DNA from: a bacterium
GTDB taxonomy: Bacteria; Zhuqueibacterota; Zhuqueibacteria; Residuimicrobiales; Residuimicrobiaceae
DNA: 64,000 nt
Reading direction: 5' to 3'
Assembly: GCA_035388125.1 (NCBI GenBank)
Contig: DAOOPF010000004.1
Location: 540-64,539, forward strand
The notes under the pieces are model-generated. The model did not search any database. It had not been told where the DNA came from and saw nothing but the letters and a program-made list of their open reading frames with translations. Shown piece after piece: positions 45,481-52,782 of the stretch (positions are counted from its first letter, which is position 1; every line of letters starts with the position of its first letter). The position numbers and the translations under genes were made by a program.

Positions 45481-45582
45481 ACTTTTACCTCACGCAGTGG
45501 AGCTGGTTGTCACAGGCATGGCGCCCATGCAGCAGAGGAAAAATCAGCCGGCGACGAGACCCAGGAACCTTTAGTTTGATTA

Positions 45583-45611
45583 AATATAGGAATAAGCACT
45601 TATTTTGTCAA
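45583..45611 (-). promoter_or_regulatory. Sigma-70-type promoter for the minus-strand array starting with the transglutaminase-like gene
   Basis: Minus strand TTGACA-aaataagtgcttattcc(17)-TATATT. Confidence 0.6.
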
Positions 45612-45887
45612 CAGTAATTAACGGAAGAAAGGGGTTGAATTGCACGCCGCAACCTGTTCAGGAAATCTACAATCCAAAGGGAGTCAAACTATCGATCTTG
45701 TTGCTATATTAAGCAGTTATTTATAGCTAACTATACTATATTTAGCGCAATTTAGTATAATTGCTTTGCATTATGTTGAATATTTAATCAACTGCTATGC
45801 CACACTGTTCATTATGTCTTCATAATTATCTAGCTTTCGTTATTGATATTCAGTGACTTAACCCTCCATCTACTATCCGGTGCATTT

Positions 45888-45903
45888 TGGCACACAAGTT
45901 GCA
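45888..45903 (+). promoter_or_regulatory. Sigma-54 promoter (perfect consensus)
   Basis: TGGCAC-acaag-TTGCA. Preceded by an AT-rich region with inverted repeats (GCAATT-N6-AATTGC at 45747-45764; GCTATA-N13-TATAGC at 45703-45727). Confidence 0.75.
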
Positions 45904-46072
45904 AAGACCGAGCGTCCCGCAGCCATGGGCACTGCCCTGTGCTTGTGGCACCGCCGCGAGGGATAGCCCTCGTCGCCGGCGGAAAAGATGCGGGCTGGAG
46001 TGCTCCCCTTATATTCACAGGATCAGCCCGAGCGCTCCTGAAATCATAACTCATTCAACCGAGGAACCCGTT

Positions 46073-46162
46073 ATGGCCGTACTGCTTCTGCTCTCGCTGG
46101 CGCTGGCTTTCATTCTGACGGATTATGTGGTCCAGCTGCGCCAGGCCAAAAAGAAATCTTAG
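46073..46162 (+). CDS. Candidate 29-aa single-pass membrane peptide
   Basis: GAGGA 7 nt upstream of the ATG. MAVLLLLSLALAFILTDYVVQLRQAKKKS, a hydrophobic helix with a basic tail. Ends 34 nt before the next gene. Confidence 0.4.
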   Translation: MAVLLLLSLALAFILTDYVVQLRQAKKKS

Positions 46163-46196
46163 AACGCTCTGCAGATAACCCAACAGGAGGATGCGG

Positions 46197-46937
46197 ATGA
46201 AGGCCGCAATTCTAACGGATTTAACCAAATGTGTGGGGTGCGAAGCCTGTGCCCTGGCGTGCAAAGAGATCAACGACCTGCCCCGGGATTCAGCCAACCA
46301 CATGCTGACCGCCTACACCTGGAGTTCGATGGAGCACCGCAACGGTGTGAACATCCGGCGGCAATGCATGCACTGCGAAGAGCCCGCCTGCGCCTCTGCG
46401 TGCCCGGTGGGAGCGCTCACCAAGACGCCCGAGGGCGCCGTGATCTATGATGGCCACAAATGTATTGGCTGCCGCTACTGCATGATCGCCTGCCCCTTCG
46501 GCATTCCCAAATACCAGTGGGACAAGCCGATCCCGGTCATTCAAAAGTGCATTTTCTGCTATGAAAAAGCTCTCAAGATCGGTGAGCAGCCCGCCTGTAC
46601 GGCGGCATGCCCGACCGGTGCGACAATTTTCGGCGATCGTGAGGAGTTGATCGCCGAGGCCCGGCGGCGCATCGCCGAGAGTCCGGCAAAATATCAGCCC
46701 CACATCTATGGTTTGAAAGAGGCGGGCGGCACCTCGGTGCTCTATCTCTCCGCCCTCCCCTTTGCTGAACTGGGATTCCCCGCCAATATCATCGAGGAGT
46801 CCTATCCCAATCTGACCTGGAAAGTGCTCAACAAGATCCCCGGCATCGTGACGACCGGTACGGCATTTCTGGCCGGCTTGTGGTGGATTGTGAACAGGAG
46901 AATCAAGCTGCAGGAAAAGCCTGACGAAACGGTCTAG
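46197..46937 (+). CDS. HybA/NrfC/DsrO-like 4x[4Fe-4S] ferredoxin-type subunit with C-terminal membrane anchor
   Basis: Start at the second ATG (AGGAGG 6 nt upstream). CVGCEACALAC, CMHCEEPACASACP, CIGCRYCMIACP, CIFC...CTAACP. C-terminal helix IVTTGTAFLAGLWWIV. No obvious Tat (RR) signal. Confidence 0.8.
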   Translation: MKAAILTDLTKCVGCEACALACKEINDLPRDSANHMLTAYTWSSMEHRNGVNIRRQCMHCEEPACASACPVGALTKTPEGAVIYDGHKCIGCRYCMIACPFGIPKYQWDKPIPVIQKCIFCYEKALKIGEQPACTAACPTGATIFGDREELIAEARRRIAESPAKYQPHIYGLKEAGGTSVLYLSALPFAELGFPANIIEESYPNLTWKVLNKIPGIVTTGTAFLAGLWWIVNRRIKLQEKPDETV

Positions 46938-46994
46938 AACGGCCTCCTGAAGGCCCGGTCTCTTACAAAAAATGCTCACCCTGTTGAGGAACCT

Positions 46995-48551
46995 ATGAAA
47001 TTTAAACTTCCCAAACCGAGTTTCTGGCTCGTCACCCTGGCCGTGATCTGGGCTGCGGGCCTCTTTTCTGTCATCTATCGATTTTATAACGGATTGGGTG
47101 CCGCCACCAATCTCTCGGATGCCTACCCCTGGGGAATCTGGATCGGTTTTGACATTCTGATCGGGGTCGCGCTTGCTGCGGGCGGATTTGCCGTCTGCGC
47201 GACCATCTACATTTTCAATCTCAAGGAGTACCGGCCGATCGGCCGTCCCACTGTCCTGACCGCCTTTTTGGGCTATGTTCTGGTGATCGTGGCTCTGCTC
47301 ATCGATCTCGGCAAGCCCTATAACGTCTGGCATGTCATCACGATGTGGAATCACCATTCCGTCATGTTCGAGGTGGGCTGGTGCGTCATGCTTTACACCA
47401 CCGTCCTCTTTCTCGAATTTCTGCCGGCCTTCTTTGAGAGGTTCCGCATGGTGTTCTGGCAGGATCTCTTCCATCGCATCCTGATCCCGCTGGTCATAGC
47501 CGGCGTCGTCCTCTCGACCCTGCACCAGTCCTCTCTGGGCTCGCTCTATCTGATCGTCCCGAGCAAGCTGCATCCCATCTGGTATTCTGGGATGCTGCCG
47601 GTCTTTTTCTTCATCAGTGCGCTTGCGGGCGGCCTGGCGATGGTCATCTTTGAATCCTATCTGAGTGCGCGCGCTTTTGGCAAGGGGATCGAACAGCGTT
47701 TATTAGCGAATATCAGCCGTGTGATTGGCGTCGTTCTCATGATCTACCTGGTGCTGCGGCTGCAGAATATGATCGAGCGCGGATCGATCAAATATGCTTT
47801 CGATGGCTCCAGAGAGAGCTTCTTTTTCCTGATCGAGATCATCCTCGGCTACATCACGCCCATGATTCTCTTCTTCAATGCGAAGGTCCGTGCCAGCAAG
47901 GCCGGGCTCTTTTTCGCCGCGGTATTAACGCTTTTCGGCCTGGTCATGAATCGCCTGAATGTTGCAATCACGGGCATGGCGCGTTCCGCTGGCGTTGACT
48001 ATCTGCCCAGCTGGATGGAAGTTGCGATAACCCTCTCCATCATTGCCGCCGGACTGGTCCTGTTCCGGCTGGCAGCCAAATATCTGCCCGTCTTTCCGCG
48101 CGAGGAAAAGCTCGGTGACCACCAGCCGCCTCTGGTTGAGGCCGGCCGCAAAGGCAAGCTGGTCATGGGCCTGCTTGCCGGACTGCTGGTATTTCTCCTT
48201 GCCGGCTTCGGTTACTCCCTGGCCACGCAAAAGCCCAATCAGCCGGCTGCAGTGCCGGAAGCCGCCCGGGCCATCGCCGCCGAAACCCTCAACTTTCCCG
48301 CCCCGATCACTTTTACGCCGTCGGAAGACAGTCCAGGCCAGGTCACTTTCAACCACGAATCGCATGTGGATACCAGCGAGCCGAACTGCTCGAGCTGTCA
48401 CGCCGGACTTTTTTCGATTCGCGCCAGCAAAGCGGGAGCCGTCAGCAAGAGCCCTGCGATCGGTCACGATCAGTGCGGCACCTGTCACAATGGTGAAAAA
48501 GCATTCAACTATGAAGAGAGCTGCGATGGCTGTCACATGAGTTCGGAATAA
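46995..48551 (+). CDS. NrfD/PsrC-family integral membrane (quinone-interacting) subunit fused to a C-terminal triheme cytochrome c7-type domain
   Basis: 518 aa, with about 10-11 hydrophobic helices. C-terminal about 80 aa (nt 48312-48551) carries VTFNHESH and three CxxCH motifs (CSSCH, CGTCH, CDGCH). Confidence 0.75.
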   Translation: MKFKLPKPSFWLVTLAVIWAAGLFSVIYRFYNGLGAATNLSDAYPWGIWIGFDILIGVALAAGGFAVCATIYIFNLKEYRPIGRPTVLTAFLGYVLVIVALLIDLGKPYNVWHVITMWNHHSVMFEVGWCVMLYTTVLFLEFLPAFFERFRMVFWQDLFHRILIPLVIAGVVLSTLHQSSLGSLYLIVPSKLHPIWYSGMLPVFFFISALAGGLAMVIFESYLSARAFGKGIEQRLLANISRVIGVVLMIYLVLRLQNMIERGSIKYAFDGSRESFFFLIEIILGYITPMILFFNAKVRASKAGLFFAAVLTLFGLVMNRLNVAITGMARSAGVDYLPSWMEVAITLSIIAAGLVLFRLAAKYLPVFPREEKLGDHQPPLVEAGRKGKLVMGLLAGLLVFLLAGFGYSLATQKPNQPAAVPEAARAIAAETLNFPAPITFTPSEDSPGQVTFNHESHVDTSEPNCSSCHAGLFSIRASKAGAVSKSPAIGHDQCGTCHNGEKAFNYEESCDGCHMSSE

Positions 48552-48609
48552 GGGGCGAGGCAGAGCAGTTCCTGCCTGGACCCTTCGATGCTCTCGTGAC
48601 GCGGTCAAA

Positions 48610-49416
48610 ATGATGGAAAAAATCATCCCCAAATATTCCGGCCAGGCCAACCAGGCCTGGCCGGAGGGCGAAGCCGCCTGTGTCTGGATGCAGGCGGGTC
48701 TGGTTGCTTTCAAGCTGTGCGATCGCGCCTTTGCATGCGCCGGCTGCCCTTTCGATCAACTGATGCGCAGCGGCAGAGCTCATCCTGCCGGGGAAGGGCG
48801 GATTCTGGAAGGCTCCAACCAGCAACATTCTCTTCCGACCGATGCGGAAATCAAGGATCCCCTCCTTCCTTCTCCTCATTTTGATGCCGCCACCTGGTAT
48901 GGAGCCGGCTTTTGGTATATGCGCCCGCGGGGCGGAAAAAAATTTGAAATCGGCCTGAACGAGAACGGGACCGTTTTTCTGCCGCCCATACGGGAAGTCG
49001 TCCTGCCCCGCCGGGGAGCCATCCTCACGACCTCGGAACCGACCATGTGGCTCATTGCCAGTGAAGGTACGCTGGGTTTGACTGCGCCCTGCGACGGTGT
49101 GGTGCGCGCCGTCAATCCCGGAGTGCTGGAGGAACTGGCGCAGAAAATGGAGATGCCGGTTCAGTCCTTTTTCATGGAGATCAGCGTCACCTCCAGCCGC
49201 AGTGCAGCCAGCGGAAAACTGAGGGCCGAGAAAGCGTCGGCCTTTCTGCGCTCGCAATACCTCGAACTTCAGCAAGCCCTCACCGAGACGCTTGATGCTG
49301 AACAACCGGATCAGGAAACAATACGCGGGAAAGATCCTCTTCTTCCCGGCACGCTCGCCGGACTGCTGGGCAGCAAGCGCTACTTCAGCACCGTGGCACC
49401 CTTCTATGCGCGGTGA
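48610..49416 (+). CDS. Hypothetical protein with N-terminal Cys cluster and a GcvH-like (lipoyl-fold) domain lacking the lipoyl-lysine
   Basis: 268 aa. CVWMQAGLVAFKLCDRAFACAGCP. The segment FWYMRP..KFEIGL...VVLP..GAIL...PTMWLIASEGTLGLTAPCDGVVRAVN parallels GcvH by eye, with SEG in place of SVK. Confidence 0.4.
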   Translation: MMEKIIPKYSGQANQAWPEGEAACVWMQAGLVAFKLCDRAFACAGCPFDQLMRSGRAHPAGEGRILEGSNQQHSLPTDAEIKDPLLPSPHFDAATWYGAGFWYMRPRGGKKFEIGLNENGTVFLPPIREVVLPRRGAILTTSEPTMWLIASEGTLGLTAPCDGVVRAVNPGVLEELAQKMEMPVQSFFMEISVTSSRSAASGKLRAEKASAFLRSQYLELQQALTETLDAEQPDQETIRGKDPLLPGTLAGLLGSKRYFSTVAPFYAR

Positions 49417-49614
49417 CTGTGCTCTTTTGAGCACCTGACCCGGACCGCCCACCCCACCCGACCATCCCACCTCTTTGTGAATTAATTCAACATCATTTGT
49501 TGTATTTTGCTTTATATTGGCGAGATTATTTACGATTCCGGTTGTGGTATTCGGAATAATTCTCTATTTTTATCTGCAAATATCATCTGATCAGCTCACC
49601 CTTTCCCTGCCCAT

Positions 49615-51285
49615 ATGTTGAAAAAAGCATTCCAGTCCCTCAGTGTCAGAATTTTCATCCTGATGATGGCCATCGCGACCTGCGGTTTCGGGCTTTATGC
49701 GCACCGCTCTGTGCAGACCCACAGCCGGCAGCTGCTTGAAAGCACATCTGTCAACGCCGGCCGGGTGAGTGACATTATCAAGGGGTCGATGCGGTACGGC
49801 ATGCTGATCAACCGCAAGGAAGATATTCATCAGATCATCAGCACGCTCGCGGCCGATTCCGGCATCGCCGCCATTCGTGTTTACGACAAGCAAGGCAGAA
49901 TCGTCTCCTCTTCCCGGCGTGAGGAGATCGGCCGCAGCGTCGATCCGGCTGCAGAAGCGTGCTCCGCTTGCCATGCTGCGGGGAAGGAGCCAGCCGTCAT
50001 CCCGGCCGCAGACGGTCAGCGTCTTTTGCGTGACGACGCCGGCCGCCGCATTCTGGGGATGGTCAATCCCATTGCCAACGAACCCGACTGCTCCAACGCG
50101 GACTGCCACGCCCACAGTGCCGGGGAGAAAATACTGGGGGTTCTGGATGTGCAGTGGTCTCTGGCAGGGGTCGATGCGCAGCTGCGCGCGGACCGCCGGC
50201 AGCTGATTTTCTTCGGCATCCTGCTGATTCTGGCGAGCGGCCTCTCCGCCGGCTGGTTCATCGACCGGTTTGTCCGCCGCCGCGTCGGCGCTCTGATCAA
50301 GGGGACGCACGAGATCGCCTCCGGCAACCTCTCCTATCGTATTGAGGCCGCCAGGAATGATGAACTGGGCCAGCTCGCCGCGGCTTTCAACCAGATGAAC
50401 GCTGATCTGGATGCAGCCCGGCGTGAACTCACTGACTGGTCTCTCCATCTGGAAGATAAGGTCGAGAAGAAAAGCCGTGAACTGTCCGAGGCTGAATCGC
50501 ACCTGGTGCAAATGGAACGGCTGGCCTCTCTTGGTCATCTCTCCGCCACCGTCGCCCATGAAATCAACAATCCGCTCGCCGGCGCACTGAACTACTCCTT
50601 CCTCGCCCTGCGTTTGCTGCAGGATGAGTCGCTGCCTCCTGCCGCCAGGCAGCGGTTGCAGGAATATCTGACGATCATCAAAAACGAGATCGGCCGTTCG
50701 GGAGATATTATCAACAACATGCTCCTCTTCGCGCGCCAATCCGGGGGCCATTTCGCAGAAGACCATCTGCACGAGCTGATCACATCGAGTCTGAAGCTGG
50801 TCCATCATCACATGGAGCTGAAGGGAATCGCTCACTGCGATGAACTGCAGCTCGCGGATGATCGTTTGATCTGTGATGCAGGGCAGATCCGCCAGGCTCT
50901 GGTGGCCCTTTTCGTCAATGCCATCGAGGCGATGGAGAGCGGCGGCACCTTGACTGTCCGCACCAGCGCAAAAAGCAATCCGGAGTCCATCATGATCGAG
51001 GTTGCGGATACCGGCGGAGGCATTCCAGACGATGTCCTGCCTCATATCTTTGATCCCTTTTTCTCGACCAAAAAGGAGGGCAAAGGGGTTGGTCTGGGGC
51101 TGGCTGTGACCTACGGCATCATCCAGCGCCATCAGGGTATCATCGCGGTTGACGCCGGATCATCGGGGGGCACAGTTTTTAGCATCACTCTGCCTCGTCA
51201 CCCTTTGCCGGATAAAGGGGCACAGGGAGGAAAAGAGATCGACCCGAAGGCGCCAGCGGCGGATCCGAGCCAGGTTATTCAGTAA
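49615..51285 (+). CDS. Sensor histidine kinase (2 TM, periplasmic domain with heme-c-type motifs, HAMP, HisKA, HATPase)
   Basis: 556 aa. CSACH at nt 49960-49974 and CSNADCH at nt 50086-50106 between the two TM segments. HAMP, H-box VAHEINNPL, then NAIEAM, DTGGGI, GVGLGL. Confidence 0.85.
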   Translation: MLKKAFQSLSVRIFILMMAIATCGFGLYAHRSVQTHSRQLLESTSVNAGRVSDIIKGSMRYGMLINRKEDIHQIISTLAADSGIAAIRVYDKQGRIVSSSRREEIGRSVDPAAEACSACHAAGKEPAVIPAADGQRLLRDDAGRRILGMVNPIANEPDCSNADCHAHSAGEKILGVLDVQWSLAGVDAQLRADRRQLIFFGILLILASGLSAGWFIDRFVRRRVGALIKGTHEIASGNLSYRIEAARNDELGQLAAAFNQMNADLDAARRELTDWSLHLEDKVEKKSRELSEAESHLVQMERLASLGHLSATVAHEINNPLAGALNYSFLALRLLQDESLPPAARQRLQEYLTIIKNEIGRSGDIINNMLLFARQSGGHFAEDHLHELITSSLKLVHHHMELKGIAHCDELQLADDRLICDAGQIRQALVALFVNAIEAMESGGTLTVRTSAKSNPESIMIEVADTGGGIPDDVLPHIFDPFFSTKKEGKGVGLGLAVTYGIIQRHQGIIAVDAGSSGGTVFSITLPRHPLPDKGAQGGKEIDPKAPAADPSQVIQ

Positions 51286-51319
51286 GAGCTGACACTATTT
51301 TACAGTAAACCGAGGAATT

Positions 51320-52675
51320 ATGAATTCAGTATCCATTCTGATCGTCGACGATGAAGAGTCCGTACGGCTCTCACTTTTCAACTGGTTCCGGGAGGAGGGC
51401 TACGAGGTCGGTATCGCCAAAGATGCCTTTGAGGCTCTGGCAGCGCTTGACAAGTCGCCATGGGATATCATGCTGCTCGATGTCCGCATGCCGGGGATGA
51501 GCGGGATAGAACTGCAGCGCCGGGTGCGTGAGCTTCACAAGGAGATGATCATCATCATCATGACCGCCTTCGCTTCGGTGGATACAGCAGTACAGAGCCT
51601 CAAGGAGGGCGCTTATGACTATGTCGTCAAGCCCTTCAATCCGGAGGAACTCAGTCATATGGTGCGAAACGCCGCCGAACGGATCTCACTGCGGGAGGAA
51701 AACAGTGAGCTGCGGCAGAGCATGCAGCAGCTGTCCGGACCTGAAGAGATCATCGGCGATAGTCCGCAGATCAGGCGGGTAATGGAACTGGTGCAGACCG
51801 TCGCCCAATCGGATGCGACGGTGGTCATCCGTGGTGAAAGTGGAACCGGCAAGGAGCTGATCGCGCGCGCTATTCATGATCATTCCGAGCGCCGTTACCA
51901 CCCCATCATCGCGGTCAACTGCGGCGCCCTGTCTGAGAGCCTTCTGGAGAGCGAGCTTTTCGGCCATGAAAAAGGGGCTTTCACAGGAGCGCAGAGCCGG
52001 CGGAAGGGCAAATTTGAGCTCGCTGACAAGGGCACGCTTTTTCTCGACGAGATCGGCAATATCAGCCAGAAGATGCAGATGGAACTGCTGCGGGTGCTCG
52101 AAAGCCGGCAGTTCACCCGGGTGGGCGGCAGCCAGAACATCCACGTGGATATCCGTTTGATCTGCGCAACCAATAAAAATCTTGAGCAGGCTGTTGCCGA
52201 TGGTTCGTTCCGCGAGGATTTGTATTACCGCATCAATGTCTTCACGATCGTCCTCCCTCCTCTGCGCGAGCGCAAATCAGATATCCCGGGGCTGGTGGAC
52301 CATTTTATTCGCAAGTACAGCCGGAGCATGAACAAGGATATCCGCGAGATTTCACCGCAGGCGCTTGACCTGCTCATCCGGCACCAATGGCCGGGCAATA
52401 TCCGGGAGCTTGAGAACGCCATCGAGAGGGCGATGGTTGTAGGCAAAGCGCCCGCCATCATGCCCCACGATCTGCCCTTCCAGCTTGCCGAGGAGAGCGC
52501 CGAACGGCATGAAGGATCGGATTCCCTTGCCGAGATGGAGAGGCATCATATTGCGCTCATGCTTGGCAAGGCAAACTGGAACATCAGCAAGGCCGCCAGA
52601 ATGCTGGGGATCGACAGGGTGACACTTTACAACAAGATCAGGCGATACCAGCTCAAGCGCAAGAAACGCAGCTAG
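51320..52675 (+). CDS. Sigma-54-dependent response regulator (NtrC/ZraR/AtoC family)
   Basis: 451 aa. ILIVDDE, LLDVRMPGMSG, GESGTGKE, GAFTGA, C-terminal HTH (NISKAARMLGIDRVTLYNKI). Confidence 0.9.
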   Translation: MNSVSILIVDDEESVRLSLFNWFREEGYEVGIAKDAFEALAALDKSPWDIMLLDVRMPGMSGIELQRRVRELHKEMIIIIMTAFASVDTAVQSLKEGAYDYVVKPFNPEELSHMVRNAAERISLREENSELRQSMQQLSGPEEIIGDSPQIRRVMELVQTVAQSDATVVIRGESGTGKELIARAIHDHSERRYHPIIAVNCGALSESLLESELFGHEKGAFTGAQSRRKGKFELADKGTLFLDEIGNISQKMQMELLRVLESRQFTRVGGSQNIHVDIRLICATNKNLEQAVADGSFREDLYYRINVFTIVLPPLRERKSDIPGLVDHFIRKYSRSMNKDIREISPQALDLLIRHQWPGNIRELENAIERAMVVGKAPAIMPHDLPFQLAEESAERHEGSDSLAEMERHHIALMLGKANWNISKAARMLGIDRVTLYNKIRRYQLKRKKRS

Positions 52676-52695
52676 GCAGGATCGGGCGGCAGAGG

Positions 52696-52739
52696 TAAAA
52701 AAAATAGAGCCGGACAAGTTTGTCCGGCTCTATTTTTTT
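52696..52739. terminator. Bidirectional rho-independent terminator between convergent genes
   Basis: A8 run, 14-bp stem ATAGAGCCGGACAA / TTGTCCGGCTCTAT, then T7 run. Confidence 0.85.
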
Positions 52740-52782
52740 ATGGTGGTGGAGGGCGGCCTCCATCCCTGACTTGAGCGGCTGC

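Noticed and set aside
45887-46162. 91-aa ORF upstream of the FeS-subunit gene
   Set aside because: It would initiate inside the sigma-54 promoter and is Arg/Pro-rich for 60 residues. Only the last 29 codons, which have their own SD and ATG, look like a real small protein.
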